A stretch of DNA of 64,000 nucleotides from an uncultured delta proteobacterium (GTDB lineage Bacteria; Desulfobacterota; Syntrophobacteria; BM002), in the NCBI GenBank assembly GCA_963712115.1, contig CAVQGX010000031.1, forward strand, positions 64,001 to 128,000, in the 5' to 3' direction. A model generated the notes under the pieces. The model saw only the letters and a program-made list of their open reading frames with translations, had not been told where the DNA came from and ran no database searches. The position numbers and the translations under genes are program-made. Of the stretch, positions 28,923-40,155 are shown piece by piece; within the stretch, counting starts at the first letter, position 1; every line of letters starts with the position of its first letter.

Positions 28923-29020
28923 TTTGGCCTCCCGTATATAGCCAAATATAAATATATATGAAGAGTAAAAACTGTCAATAAATTTTTACGCCTTTACACT
29001 TAACTCCGTTAAGCAAATAA

Positions 29021-29167
29021 ACTCCTCCCCCTTGTCGCAGATCCCGAGCGACTCGACCTGAGCTCGTCGACAGGTCTTGTCGCGGGGACGGGGGAGGATT
29101 GAGCCTGCCCGCCATCGCCTGAAGGCGAGCCGGGCGGGCTCAGGCGAGGCGGGCGGGGTGGGGGTGA
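29021..29167. repeat. nested palindromic repeat element
   Basis: Outer ctcctccccctt...acgggggagg...gggtgggggtg with inner gagcgactcgacctgagctcgtcga and gcctgcccgcc...ggcgggc hairpins. Confidence 0.75.
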
Positions 29168-29202
29168 AAAAATTGATGGATTGAAAAAGGTAGGTGGAGG
29201 GA

Positions 29203-30237
29203 TCATGTTCCTTTGCCGAAATGGCATTTGGGATAGGTGCATTCAGCACAGTCGAGGCAGAGACTGCCGTGGCCCAGAAAGGCTAACTCCGCCTTGCCTA
29301 TTCGTTCCTTGGCAAGAATCCGGGGCAGTACCAAGTCAACCACAGTGATCCGGTGATAAAGGCCACAGGCTGGAACCCCCAAAAGCGGCACCTCTCCAAG
29401 GTAGGCCACAAGAAACATGGACCCAGGTAGAGCGGCGGCCCCATAGTGGATCTCACTTGCCCCGGCAAGTCTAATTCCATGGCGGGTAACATCGTCAGGA
29501 TCCACACTCATACCGCCGCTAAGTAAGAGCAAATCACAACCCTGATCTAGTTGGCTGCGAATAACTTGATTGATCACCTCAGCGTCATCCGGAGTAAAGT
29601 CAAGGGCTACAATCTCTGAACCCAGCGCTTTAACCTTCTCGGTGAGAATAGGAGCGAAGCGATCCTGGATGAGACCTTGATAGACCTCGTTACCGGTGAT
29701 AACCAGACCCACACGAGCCGACCGTAGAGTCTTCACTGAGAGCACCGATCCGTTCTGGCGAGCAATGGCCGCAGCCCTCTCAATGGGAGTCCGCTTCATA
29801 ACCAGGGGAATAGCCCTGGTGCCGGCTATGAGATCCCCTCTATTTACCAGCGTATGGTTGTGGAGGGTGGCGCACATAACCTCGTCCACCATGTTAAATG
29901 CGGCCAGAGCAGCAGTATTGACCACAAGAAGACCGTCCTTTTCTGCGAGTAAATTAATTTTTCCCTCCCGAGGACCATTCCTCCAGGTGACACCATCTCC
30001 AGCCAGAGACGTGGCCAGAATGACTGCCGCTTCGTTTTCGTGAATCTCATCATCGGCCATATCGAGGACATAAAGGTGGTTCTTGCCCAGCCTCTGGAGA
30101 TGACAGAGATCAGCCTCACACACTGTGTGACCTCTGCGAAAGGCAGGTCCTTTGAACTCCCCTGGACGGATTTCGGTAATGTCATGGGCCAGTTTACTGC
30201 CAATTGCTTCTTGCAGTCTCATCTTCTTCAGCACCAC
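29203..30237 (-). CDS. molybdopterin-binding (MoeA-like) protein with C-terminal Cys cluster
   Basis: LAHDITEI, ITGNEV, SGGMSVDPDDVT, PGSMF; CLDCAEC...CHFGKG. Confidence 0.87.
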   Translation of the reverse strand: MVLKKMRLQEAIGSKLAHDITEIRPGEFKGPAFRRGHTVCEADLCHLQRLGKNHLYVLDMADDEIHENEAAVILATSLAGDGVTWRNGPREGKINLLAEKDGLLVVNTAALAAFNMVDEVMCATLHNHTLVNRGDLIAGTRAIPLVMKRTPIERAAAIARQNGSVLSVKTLRSARVGLVITGNEVYQGLIQDRFAPILTEKVKALGSEIVALDFTPDDAEVINQVIRSQLDQGCDLLLLSGGMSVDPDDVTRHGIRLAGASEIHYGAAALPGSMFLVAYLGEVPLLGVPACGLYHRITVVDLVLPRILAKERIGKAELAFLGHGSLCLDCAECTYPKCHFGKGT

Positions 30238-30475
30238 ATCACTCCTAATTCGGTTTAGCCTGTTTGGCCTGTTCAGCCTGTTTCTCCATCAGCGTAGAAA
30301 ATAATTCCACGTTCCGCGTTCCGACTTCCGCGTTTAAATCCTCGTCTCGCCAGTCTCACAATATATTCTGCTTATGTTAACTTTAACATAAGCAGAATGA
30401 AAAAAAGAGTGGAGGATTTAGGATTGCGGATTGCCGATTGCGGATTTCGGATTTGAGGCTGGAGGCGGTTGATTG

Positions 30476-31585
30476 CTAGTGCAACAACGATAGGATAAGG
30501 TCTCGGTATATCTCGGCAGCGATTACTATCTGTTGGAATGAGACGGATTCCTCTGGAGCGTGCGCCTGAGACAGCTGGCCGGGGCCCAACAAAATCGGTT
30601 TTACTCCTGAAGCCCATAGCTGATTGGCGTCTGAATGACTCGGAAAGGATTGGGGTTCCCATGGCTGAGAGTGTTGTTGGTAAACAGTTTTCAAAGCCTC
30701 AACTACCGATCCCTTCTCCGGAAGCTCGTAGCCTCCTTCCACAGTGGCCAGGCGAATGCTGGTATCAATATGGCTGTTTTCTTTACTGAGGCGCTCCACA
30801 AGCTCTTCCAGTTCCAGCGAAATCTCACCTAATGCGGCTTTGGGTGGCAAGTGAAGATCAAGCCACGCCTCGCACCACTCGGGAACAGCAAATCCCGCCT
30901 GGGTGCTCAGAATGTCTCGAATGTTATAGACCCCCTCGGGCCTGTTTTGCACCATGTAGTGGGAGATTTGAATGAGGATGTGGAGCATGCATTCTATTGG
31001 ATTTTGGCTCTGGCTGGCCAGGGAGGCGTGCACCCTCCTACCCCGGGTGTTTATTTGGGCTTCCATGTAGCCGTAACAACTCAGACAGGGACGAAGGTCG
31101 GTGGGCTCTGCAATAATAGCCCAAGGAAAGTGATATTCATCCATCAATCGCTCGGCGCCGTCTCCCTCTTCTTCCTCACCCACTACCATAACCAAGGCCA
31201 CTGGTAGTTGCTGGTTACCGGCTTCCCACAAACTCAAATAGGCTTCTACCATGGCGGCACAGCCGCCTTTCATGTCGGCGGCGCCCAGGCCAATGATTAG
31301 ATCATCCTCTTCCTCATAACCATATTGCTCCAAATCGTAGGCCACTACCGTGTCCAAATGGCCAATGAGGGCGAGGCGTGCATCCCCTTCCGGTGGGACC
31401 ACAATCAGGTTGTAGCGACTGTCGTCCACTTCCTGGCGGATGACCGGTAGACCTTTCCTTTTAAGGTGGCCATGAAGGTAGGCAAGGATCTCCTCTTCCT
31501 TGCCCGAAGGACTGTAGATGTCCATGAGGCGGCGCAAAAGCCGGCGCAAACGCTGTGGATCTATGGCGGAATCTTGTTTAATCAT
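30476..31585 (-). CDS. M20 family metallo-hydrolase (ArgE/DapE-like)
   Basis: GHLDTV, GAADMKGG, GEEE, AEPT, AH..EE. Confidence 0.9.
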   Translation of the reverse strand: MIKQDSAIDPQRLRRLLRRLMDIYSPSGKEEEILAYLHGHLKRKGLPVIRQEVDDSRYNLIVVPPEGDARLALIGHLDTVVAYDLEQYGYEEEDDLIIGLGAADMKGGCAAMVEAYLSLWEAGNQQLPVALVMVVGEEEEGDGAERLMDEYHFPWAIIAEPTDLRPCLSCYGYMEAQINTRGRRVHASLASQSQNPIECMLHILIQISHYMVQNRPEGVYNIRDILSTQAGFAVPEWCEAWLDLHLPPKAALGEISLELEELVERLSKENSHIDTSIRLATVEGGYELPEKGSVVEALKTVYQQHSQPWEPQSFPSHSDANQLWASGVKPILLGPGQLSQAHAPEESVSFQQIVIAAEIYRDLILSLLH

Positions 31586-32147
31586 CCTTACTGCGCAAAC
31601 GGCGTGGCTGGGACCGTTCGTTTTCTTTCTTGCCTTTGAGCTGCTTCAACTGCTCGGAGAGGTTAAGAGTCAAATAGATGTGCTGTTGGGGATGGCCGAA
31701 TCCCATTTTCCTAAAAAAATGGAGAGCAGGTAAGTTATCAGCCTCAGTGTCAGTCAACAGCATACGCACGCCGTCTTCCAGCATGAGATCTCTGAGTTGT
31801 TTGAAGAGTTTCAGGGCAATTCCTTTTCTCTGCAATTCAGGTTCAGTGCCCAGCCAGACAAGCTGACCGTACTTCCAGGCGGACTGAGTCTTTTCTATTG
31901 TGGTGCCGAGGGCGAAGCCCACAATCTTGCCCTCGAGCTCTGCCACCAGGCAAAACTCAGAGTCACCCTGGAACAGGTTTATTACCTCGTACTCGTCCCA
32001 GGTCCGATAGAGATTCGGTACCTCACGTGCTGTAAAAATTTTTTCGCCAAGATGAAACACGTCCGCCAGGTCATCAATCTCCATCTGACGAATTGCCACA
32101 GTGCTTTTCTTCTTTTTATCTGAATCACCTACATCCATGATTTGCAC
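31578..32147 (-). CDS. GNAT family N-acetyltransferase
   Basis: IVGFALG, QRKGIA acetyl-CoA motif, N..ALHFFRKMGF. Confidence 0.9.
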   Translation of the reverse strand: MQIMDVGDSDKKKKSTVAIRQMEIDDLADVFHLGEKIFTAREVPNLYRTWDEYEVINLFQGDSEFCLVAELEGKIVGFALGTTIEKTQSAWKYGQLVWLGTEPELQRKGIALKLFKQLRDLMLEDGVRMLLTDTEADNLPALHFFRKMGFGHPQQHIYLTLNLSEQLKQLKGKKENERSQPRRLRSKDD

Positions 32148-32403
32148 ATTCCTCGTCGATTATTTATTTGCCATCCCTATCTTCGCCTTGCAGATCGCCA
32201 AGACAGGAAAAGGCTACACAGATATTATCACGCCTCTCTGTTTTAGTCGTCAACATTGCCAACCGGGCCATAGTTCACTGTTCGAGACGCTGCCAGTGCA
32301 TTAGCTATGCCTAAAATTCGGCTTTAATGTAAAAAAGTCAACCCCAGAACCTACAAAATTCATCTAGGGGACGTTGGTAGGTCCCCTATGCCAATCTGGT
32401 GAT

Positions 32404-33318
32404 TCATTTGGCTGTGGTCTCAACGGTTATTTTTCTGGTGAGTGAAAACTTTGGCAGACGGTTGTTTACCCCGGCAATACTGACAAGTATCAACCCCAGT
32501 GCCAGAAAAGCACTCCAGTGGAGTCTCTCGCCCAACAACAATGCACCCCAGAAGACCCCCGTTATTGGAATCAAGTAGGTTACCAGGCTGAGGCTGGTTG
32601 AACCTATCCGCGGCAGTAAATAATAATAGAGTAGATAGGCCAGAGCCGTACCCAGGAGAGAAAGGCAGGTCAACGCCGCAACCGAGATAATTGACGGCGA
32701 CAGTGCCCAAGGAGCATCAAAGACGATAACCATTGGCAGGGTGAGAAAAGCAGCGCAAAAGAGTTGACCGGTAGCGGAAACCAGGGGGGTAACTTCTTTC
32801 AGTCGCCGCCCATATATGATTGCAACAGCATAACACAAGGCTGCGGCCATGACCGCTAGCTGAGCTAGCACATGCTTTCCCAACCCCTTCAAAGCCGCCG
32901 GGCCAATGAGTGCCACAACGCCGAGAAACCCTAATAATATGCCAACAACTTTCATCCAGTTCAACCGTTCATCTCCGGTGAACAAGTGGGCCAGGAGAAC
33001 GGTAAAAAGTGGCATGAGGGCATTGACTATGGCTGCCAACCCCGAGTCTATGTGGATTTCAGCCCAGGTTATGAGCGTGTAGGGCACAGCCCCGTTGAAG
33101 AGCCCCATGAGCAGAAATGTTCCCCAAACGGGACCCCATCCCGGCATTCTTAAACCCCGTGAGCGCAATACCAAATAAAGGAGCATCGCTGCCAGAGCTG
33201 TACGTCCAAAGGCCACGGAGAATGGGGGGATGGTGGCCACAGCCACCTTGATGAAAAGAAAGGAAGCACCCCAGATGAGGCTAAGTATTAGCAGAATTAG
33301 AAAGTTCCTGAAGGACAT
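32404..33318 (-). CDS. EamA/DMT family transporter
   Basis: IWGASFLFIK, SGLAAI, LGE; about 10 TMs. Confidence 0.92.
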   Translation of the reverse strand: MSFRNFLILLILSLIWGASFLFIKVAVATIPPFSVAFGRTALAAMLLYLVLRSRGLRMPGWGPVWGTFLLMGLFNGAVPYTLITWAEIHIDSGLAAIVNALMPLFTVLLAHLFTGDERLNWMKVVGILLGFLGVVALIGPAALKGLGKHVLAQLAVMAAALCYAVAIIYGRRLKEVTPLVSATGQLFCAAFLTLPMVIVFDAPWALSPSIISVAALTCLSLLGTALAYLLYYYLLPRIGSTSLSLVTYLIPITGVFWGALLLGERLHWSAFLALGLILVSIAGVNNRLPKFSLTRKITVETTAK

Positions 33319-33466
33319 CTCACTTCGCTTTCGCCAGAGAACCGAGGGGAGCCAAAAAGCCCGCAGCTGACAGCGGGGGGCAGCGAGACTAGGAACTATG
33401 CACTAGGCACCTGAAAGACTCATTTCGAAACGATATTTGTAGTGCCTAGTGCTTACTGCTTAGTGC

Positions 33467-34021
33467 CTAGTCGACAGCAGGTTTACGGCAAACGATCTGT
33501 GCCACTGCCCTGGTGGGGTTCTCCCTTATCCCCTCAAAATAATGGATTACTTCCCAGTGCTCAAATTTTTGCAGTAGTTCCCCGGGATTGAGAAGAAAAT
33601 CTGGATTACGGGGTTTGCCAAATTTGGGCTGTTCAACAGTGAAGGTCTCATATACCAACAGGCCACCATTTTTCAAAGCTTTTTTTATGCACTCCAGCAA
33701 AGGGCGATGCAAATAGCGAAAGACCAGGATTGCTCCATATGCGTCGCCAGGCAGGGGGTTCGGTCCATCTATTTCTAGGTCCACCTGCCAGATCTCGACC
33801 CTGGCATTATTTGCCTCGGCTAGTTTCTCAGCTTGGACGAGACTTTCGGGCGATATATCGCAGCAGGTTACCTGACACCCCCTCTGCGCCAGGAATATGC
33901 CGTTTTCACCATTGCCGCAGGCGAGGTCTAATACCGGTCCCGGTAGAGTCTTCTGCAGAAAAAGGTCAACATGTTCAACCAGCAATTGGGCTGGTTTCAA
34001 AGCTCTTTTCGCCAAAGTCAA
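33467..34021 (-). CDS. class I SAM-dependent methyltransferase (TehB-like)
   Basis: LDLACGNGEN, DIS, YLHRPL, LKNGGLLVYETF. Confidence 0.87.
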   Translation of the reverse strand: MTLAKRALKPAQLLVEHVDLFLQKTLPGPVLDLACGNGENGIFLAQRGCQVTCCDISPESLVQAEKLAEANNARVEIWQVDLEIDGPNPLPGDAYGAILVFRYLHRPLLECIKKALKNGGLLVYETFTVEQPKFGKPRNPDFLLNPGELLQKFEHWEVIHYFEGIRENPTRAVAQIVCRKPAVD

Positions 34022-34307
34022 TTAATCATCCCTTGCAAATTTTACTGTTATTCTGCTAATCTCAATCATATAAAAGAAGCCCTACCAACTTTCAAGCTTA
34101 CTGTTTTCGTTGCAACTTTATTTAAGGCATCTTTTGAGCGAATACAAGATTCCGAGGAGATTTCTAATTATCAAACATCGCCAGCCTATCTACTAATTTA
34201 CTAGTGCAAATCTTTTTGTAGGAGGAACGTATTCTTCACACAGGTTTTTCTTAGGTGCTGTACACCGGCTAACATTTAATTAGAACTCTTAAGACAGGAG
34301 GAAGACA

Positions 34308-35951
34308 ATGATTAGAAAAATCGGTCTAATATTGGGCGGTCTCTTATTGATCTTTGCTGTGACCGCCTGCGAGGTCAAGGAACCTGAAAAGGCGGAAGCA
34401 CCTACCCCTGCCGTCACCAAAGAAGGCGGGACCCTTATTTTTGGCCGTGGAGGGGACAGTGTGGGACTCGACCCGGCTTATGAAACGGACGGAAACTCCT
34501 TCATGATCTGCGACAATATCTACGAGGCCCTAGTCGCTTACCAGGACGAGTCCACCGCCTTGGAACCTGGATTGGCCGAGTCCTGGGAAATCGCACCAGA
34601 CGGCAAGACTTACACCTTCCACCTGAGAAAAGATGTGATGTTTCATGATGGTACACCCTTCAACGCTGATGCCGTGGTTTTCTCTATCGGCCGGATGATG
34701 AAAGAGAGAAAACTCAAATTCTTCAGCAGGGATTGGGACGTGCCACCCCAGGAGCGCCCGCCCGAATACTGGGTCTCCATGGAGATGGACGACACGGTTG
34801 AGTCCATTGAGGCAGTGGATGATTACACCGTTGTTTTCAAGCTCAAACGGGTTGAAGCACCCTTCCTGGCCAACATGGGAATGGACTTCGCCGACATTAT
34901 CAGCCCTACTGCCTTCACCAACAACCCCAAAGAGTTCTTGCGCAATCCAGTGGGGACCGGTCCATTCAAGTTCGTCGAGTGGATCAAAGATGACAGAATC
35001 GTCATGGAGAAAAACGACAATTACTGGGATAAGTCGGGAGGACCTTATCTGGATAAGCTCGTCTTTCGAACCATCCCTGAGAATTCAGTTCGTTTTCTCG
35101 AACTCAAAGCAGGTAATATCCACATCTGCCAGTTTCCCAATCCGGCGGACATTCCGCTGGCCAAGCAAGATCCCAACCTCAAGCTCGTATCACAACCTGG
35201 AATGAACATCGGTTACCTTTCTTTCAACCATACCAAAAAACTGTGGCAAAACATCCACATGCGCAGGGCCATAGCCTATGCCATCAACCGCCAAGCTATT
35301 GTGGACAACATTTACCAGGGTATGGGACAGGTGGCAAAAAATCCCATTCCGCCAACCATGTGGGGCTATAACGACGAGATCGAAGATTTTCCTTACGATC
35401 AGGAAAAGGCCAAGTTGGAACTGGCCGAGGCCGGTTACCCGGGAGCCCAGGATCTGCCGGAAATCACTCTCTGGTCCATGCCGGTTCCCCGGCCCTATAA
35501 TCCTGAAGGGTTGAAGGTTGGAGTTGCCATGATCTCCGACCTCGCCAAGGTTGGAATCAGGGCAAGGATCGTCAGCTATGATTGGGGAACCTATTTGAAA
35601 CGGCAGAGGGAGCAGCCCAAAGACATGGACTTGTTCCAGTTGGGCTGGACGGGTGACAACGGTGACCCGGACAACTTTCTGGCAGTGCTTTTTGATGGCC
35701 TTGCCTCGCCTGCCATACGAACCCAGTGGAAGAACGAGGAATACCACCAACTGATGCAAGCTGGGAAACAGACAATCGACCAGGCCAAAAGGGCCGAGAT
35801 CTACCAGAAAGCATTGCAGTTGATCCATGATGAGGTGTCAGTGATCTGCGTAGCCCACTCCACCGTGATCTGGCCTATGAGAAATAATGTGATGAACTTC
35901 AAGCTTCATCCCACAGCTTCGGTGCGGATGAAAAACGTCCGGCTTCAGTAA
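34308..35951 (+). CDS. dppA: dipeptide/oligopeptide ABC substrate-binding lipoprotein
   Basis: Lipobox VTAC, LAESW, FHDGTPFNADAV, PVGTGPF, GWTGDNGDPDNF. Confidence 0.9.
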   Translation: MIRKIGLILGGLLLIFAVTACEVKEPEKAEAPTPAVTKEGGTLIFGRGGDSVGLDPAYETDGNSFMICDNIYEALVAYQDESTALEPGLAESWEIAPDGKTYTFHLRKDVMFHDGTPFNADAVVFSIGRMMKERKLKFFSRDWDVPPQERPPEYWVSMEMDDTVESIEAVDDYTVVFKLKRVEAPFLANMGMDFADIISPTAFTNNPKEFLRNPVGTGPFKFVEWIKDDRIVMEKNDNYWDKSGGPYLDKLVFRTIPENSVRFLELKAGNIHICQFPNPADIPLAKQDPNLKLVSQPGMNIGYLSFNHTKKLWQNIHMRRAIAYAINRQAIVDNIYQGMGQVAKNPIPPTMWGYNDEIEDFPYDQEKAKLELAEAGYPGAQDLPEITLWSMPVPRPYNPEGLKVGVAMISDLAKVGIRARIVSYDWGTYLKRQREQPKDMDLFQLGWTGDNGDPDNFLAVLFDGLASPAIRTQWKNEEYHQLMQAGKQTIDQAKRAEIYQKALQLIHDEVSVICVAHSTVIWPMRNNVMNFKLHPTASVRMKNVRLQ

Positions 35952-35974
35952 GGATAGTTTCTGTAACGGCAAGC

Positions 35975-36009
35975 AAAAGGGGAGCGGGCGATGAGCCCGC
36001 TCCCCCTTT
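35975..36009 (+). terminator. intrinsic terminator or stabiliser hairpin after dppA
   Basis: aaaaggggagcgggc-gatga-gcccgctcccctttt. Confidence 0.75.
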
Positions 36010-36266
36010 ATCAGCCAGCAGCTGACAGCAGTCAGCGGGCAGCTTTTGCAACTAGGCAGTAGGGGCACTAGGCACGATGGATCAGCGAGACGAGGTTTAT
36101 TAAATATACCCGCCCTCCCGTCTCGCCCTACATCTCGTCTCGCAGCGCAAGGCGCTTTGCGCCTCGGGGCCAGTTGTTTGTTCATTCAGGAAAGGTTATA
36201 TCTGATGAGCTGCTTAGCTCCACTTTTACCATTGTTTAAAAGGACCGCCACCAACACAGTCTCTCC

Positions 36267-37271
36267 ATGTTAGCTCATATCATAAGACGTATACTCTTAC
36301 TTTTTCCCACCCTTTTGGGCATATCCATCATCATTTTTCTGATGATGCACATAACCCCTGGTGACCCAGCAGAACTTCTCCTGGGGGAGCGGGCCACGGA
36401 AAAGGCCCTGGAAGCGATGCGGGAGCACCTTGGTCTCAATGAGCCTCTTTACGTCCAATACGGCATGTTCTTGAAGAGATTAGCGAAAGGGGATCTGGGA
36501 GAGACCATCTGGACCCGGCAGAAGGTCTGGATTGAGGTGAAACAGCGCTTCCCCGCCACCATAGAACTGTCCGTTGCCGCCATGGTCATCAGTACCTTTT
36601 TGGGCATCATTCTCGGCATCATCTCCGCAACCAAGCAGTACTCCGTTTTCGACTACATAAGTATGCTCGGGGCCCTCGTGGGGGTCAGTATGCCCATATT
36701 CTGGCTGGGGCTGGTATTAATGTTGATCTTCTCCTTGCACCTTGGCTGGTTTCCCATGTCCGGAAGACTCAGCGTGGGTATAGACCTGCATACTATTACC
36801 AACTTCTATATTTTGGATGCTTTGTTGACCAAGAACTGGGCGGCATTCAGGGACGTCCTCTGGCACCTCACCTTGCCTGCCTTCACCCTCAGTACCATCC
36901 CCATTGCAATCGTGGCCCGGATGACTCGCTCCAGCATGCTGGAAGTTTTGCGCCAGGACTACATCAAGACCGCCAAAGCCAAGGGACTTTCCCCTCGAGT
37001 CGTTGTTCTGAAACATGCCTTGCGTAATGCGCTCATCCCAGTGATAACCGTCATTGGCCTGATGTTTGGCATTCTCTTGGCAGGTGCCATCCTCACCGAG
37101 ACAATTTTTGCCTGGCCCGGGGTGGGGAAATGGCTTTATGACGCGGTACTGCAGAGGGACTATATGGTCATTCAGGGGGGGACACTCTTTGTGGCCGGTA
37201 TATTCGTGATCATCAACGTGGTTGTCGATGTCCTTTATGCGGTAATCAACCCCAAGATTAGCGTGCAGTAG
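36267..37271 (+). CDS. dppB: peptide ABC permease
   Basis: PGDPA, FPATIEL, RSSMLEVL..DYIKTAKAKG. Confidence 0.92.
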   Translation: MLAHIIRRILLLFPTLLGISIIIFLMMHITPGDPAELLLGERATEKALEAMREHLGLNEPLYVQYGMFLKRLAKGDLGETIWTRQKVWIEVKQRFPATIELSVAAMVISTFLGIILGIISATKQYSVFDYISMLGALVGVSMPIFWLGLVLMLIFSLHLGWFPMSGRLSVGIDLHTITNFYILDALLTKNWAAFRDVLWHLTLPAFTLSTIPIAIVARMTRSSMLEVLRQDYIKTAKAKGLSPRVVVLKHALRNALIPVITVIGLMFGILLAGAILTETIFAWPGVGKWLYDAVLQRDYMVIQGGTLFVAGIFVIINVVVDVLYAVINPKISVQ

Positions 37272-37276
37272 CAGAC

Positions 37277-38182
37277 ATGGTTTCTTTGTTACAGAGAAAA
37301 GAATCCGCAAGAAATCCAGAAGACCGCCACCCTTTTCTCGATCAACTGGAACAGCTCTGGCGAAACAAGACCGCAGTAGCGGGGATGATCGTCATAGCAA
37401 TATTTGTTCTGACTGCCTTGCTGGCCCCCCTTTTAAGTCCCCACGACCCTGTTGATGCAGCCCTCTATGAGCAACTCAAGCCGCCAATCTGGTCAGAGGC
37501 GGGTCGCACAAAGAACCTTCTCGGCACTGATGACCTGGGACGCGATATTCTTTCGCGGCTCATATACGGTGCCCGCGTCTCTTTGCTGGTGGCTCTTGTT
37601 ACCGTGGGTATCGGCGTGTTCTTCGGCTCCCTGCTCGGTGCCATCTCGGGCTATTATAAGGGTTTTGTGGACAACATCATCATGCGTTTTATGGACATAC
37701 TTTTGGCCTTCCCCCACATCCTTCTGGCCATAGTCATTATGGCCTATTTGGGTCCCGGCCTTAGAAACGCCATGATAGCTATCGGAATCATCTACATTCC
37801 GCGTTTTGCCCGCATAGTTCGTGCCTCAGTCCTCGAGGAATTTGAAAAAGACTATGTAACTGCCTCCAAGGCCATTGGTGCCAAGGACTGGCGGATCATT
37901 TTCGTCGCCATCCTTCCCAACTGCCTAGCACCCCTCATTGTCCAAACTACCCTCGGTTTTGCCTCAGCAATATTGGATGCAGCCGCCCTTGGCTTTCTCG
38001 GACTCGGGGCACAACCCCCTACGCCCGAATGGGGCGCAATGATAGCCATGGGCCGCTCCCACATCCTCAGGGCCTGGTGGGTGATGACCTTCCCAGGGAT
38101 CGCTATTCTCCTTGCGGTTCTGGGATTTAACCTATTCGGCGATGGGCTTAGAGACGCCTTGGACCCGAGGTTGAGGGACTAG
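37277..38182 (+). CDS. dppC: peptide ABC permease
   Basis: [29 protein letters not shown]. Confidence 0.92.
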   Translation: MVSLLQRKESARNPEDRHPFLDQLEQLWRNKTAVAGMIVIAIFVLTALLAPLLSPHDPVDAALYEQLKPPIWSEAGRTKNLLGTDDLGRDILSRLIYGARVSLLVALVTVGIGVFFGSLLGAISGYYKGFVDNIIMRFMDILLAFPHILLAIVIMAYLGPGLRNAMIAIGIIYIPRFARIVRASVLEEFEKDYVTASKAIGAKDWRIIFVAILPNCLAPLIVQTTLGFASAILDAAALGFLGLGAQPPTPEWGAMIAMGRSHILRAWWVMTFPGIAILLAVLGFNLFGDGLRDALDPRLRD

Positions 38183-38187
38183 ATTTT

Positions 38188-39168
38188 ATGGGTAGCAACA
38201 GCCACCTTCTGGAAATCGAAAAACTTCGCACCTACTTTTTTGTCCGTGGCCAAGTGGCCAAGGCCGTCGATGAGGTGGATCTGGCCATTGCCCCAGGGAA
38301 GACCTTGGGATTGGTGGGGGAATCAGGCTGCGGCAAGAGTGTCACCGCCCATTCCATCATTGGTCTCATCCCAGAACCGCCCGGGAAGATCGTCGGCGGC
38401 AGAATTCTCTTTGAAGGCACAAATCTTCTGAAACTGCCGGAAGCGAAAATGAGGAAGATCCGGGGTAACCAGATTTCCATGATTTTCCAGGAACCCATGA
38501 CCTCTTTGAACCCTGTCTACTCTGTTGGCGATCAGGTGGCAGAGGTTATCAAGCTCCATCAGAACTTGTCCCGGAGTGAGACTCGAAACCGAGTTATGGA
38601 GATGTTCCACTTGGTCGGTATCCCTGCTGCGGCAAGGCGACTCGGCGAGTACCCACACCAGATGAGTGGCGGTATGCGCCAACGGGTAATGATTGCCATG
38701 GCCCTAGCCTGCAATCCAAAACTCATGATTGCCGATGAACCTACGACTGCATTGGATGTGACCATTCAGGCCCAGATCCTGGATCTGATGAACAAGTTGA
38801 AGGACGAGACCGGGTCCTCCATTCTTTTTATTACCCACGACATGGGGGTGATAGCCGAGATGGCCCAACACGTGGCGGTTATGTATGCTGGTAAGGTTAT
38901 GGAATATACCGATGTTAAAAGGCTATTTGCCCAACCCAGGCATCCTTACACCGTTGGGTTGTTGCAGTCTATCCCGGTGATTGGCAGGGGACGGCGTCAT
39001 CAAAAACTGATCGCCATCAACGGAGTGGTGCCCTCTCTGCTCAACCTACCCAGCGGCTGTCTTTTCAGCGACCGTTGCCCTGATGTTTTTGCTGACTGCC
39101 GAAATGTAGAGCCGCAGATGTACGGGGTGGGCGAGAATCATCTTGTAAGGTGCTTGAAGTATGGTTAG
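38188..39168 (+). CDS. dppD: peptide ABC ATP-binding subunit
   Basis: [27 protein letters not shown]. Confidence 0.93.
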   Translation: MGSNSHLLEIEKLRTYFFVRGQVAKAVDEVDLAIAPGKTLGLVGESGCGKSVTAHSIIGLIPEPPGKIVGGRILFEGTNLLKLPEAKMRKIRGNQISMIFQEPMTSLNPVYSVGDQVAEVIKLHQNLSRSETRNRVMEMFHLVGIPAAARRLGEYPHQMSGGMRQRVMIAMALACNPKLMIADEPTTALDVTIQAQILDLMNKLKDETGSSILFITHDMGVIAEMAQHVAVMYAGKVMEYTDVKRLFAQPRHPYTVGLLQSIPVIGRGRRHQKLIAINGVVPSLLNLPSGCLFSDRCPDVFADCRNVEPQMYGVGENHLVRCLKYG

Positions 39169-40144
39169 GAACCTAGTGGAAGTGAAAAATTTAGTGAAGC
39201 ACTTTCCTATTCGGGGAGGTGTCTTTCTTAAAGAGGTTGCCTCGGTCAAGGCGGTGGACAATATCAATCTTACCATACGTGAAGGTGAGACCCTGGGCTT
39301 GGTTGGGGAGTCAGGATGCGGCAAAACTACACTGGGTCGACTCATTTTGCGCCTTGAGGAGCCGTCATCGGGTAAAGTTTTCTTTCAGGAAGAAAATATC
39401 CTCTCCTTTGACAAAGAGAAGATGCGCAGTCTGAGAAAGGATATGCAGATTATCTTCCAGGATCCTTTTTCTTCTTTGAACCCACGGAAAACAGTTTCTC
39501 ACATTATAGGCGAACCCCTGTTGGTCCACGGCCTGCGAAGCAGAAGGGAAAGGGAGGAAAGAGTGCTGGAACTTCTTCGGGTGGTTGGCTTGAGACGCGA
39601 ACACATGCGCCGTTATCCGCACCAGTTTTCTGGGGGACAGCGCCAGAGAATCGCTGTGGCCAGAGCTTTGGCCCTGCACCCTAAACTAATAGTCTGTGAC
39701 GAAGCCGTATCAGCCCTGGATGTTTCTATCCAGGCCCAGGTGATCAATCTACTCAATGACTTGCAAGAAGAGTTCGGCCTCACCTACCTTTTTATCTCCC
39801 ATGATCTGGCCGTGGTGGAGCATGTGAGTGATCGACTGGCGGTAATGTACCTCGGCAAGATCGTGGAACTGGCAGACAGCTTCCAGATCTACCAGAGTCC
39901 TCTCCATCCCTACACCCAGGCCCTGCTCTCAGCATCTCCTATTCCCGATCCAGCTTTTAGAAGGGACAGGATAATACTCAAGGGAGACGTCCCCAGTCCC
40001 ATCGATCCTCCCCCAGGTTGCCGTTTTCACACTCGTTGCCTCTATGCTGAAAAAGTTTGCAGGCAACAAGAACCGCAACTCAAAGAAGTAAGGGAAAAAC
40101 ACCTGACTGCCTGCCATTTTGCCGGGTCAGTGGGCTTGCATTAG
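39161..40144 (+). CDS. dppF: peptide ABC ATP-binding subunit
   Basis: [28 protein letters not shown]. Confidence 0.93.
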   Translation: MVRNLVEVKNLVKHFPIRGGVFLKEVASVKAVDNINLTIREGETLGLVGESGCGKTTLGRLILRLEEPSSGKVFFQEENILSFDKEKMRSLRKDMQIIFQDPFSSLNPRKTVSHIIGEPLLVHGLRSRREREERVLELLRVVGLRREHMRRYPHQFSGGQRQRIAVARALALHPKLIVCDEAVSALDVSIQAQVINLLNDLQEEFGLTYLFISHDLAVVEHVSDRLAVMYLGKIVELADSFQIYQSPLHPYTQALLSASPIPDPAFRRDRIILKGDVPSPIDPPPGCRFHTRCLYAEKVCRQQEPQLKEVREKHLTACHFAGSVGLH

Positions 40145-40155
40145 GGATTGAAGTG

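Noticed and set aside
28930-28965. AT-rich tatata...tatata inverted repeat as the ArsR operator
   Set aside because: Position is plausible, but complexity is too low to support a call.
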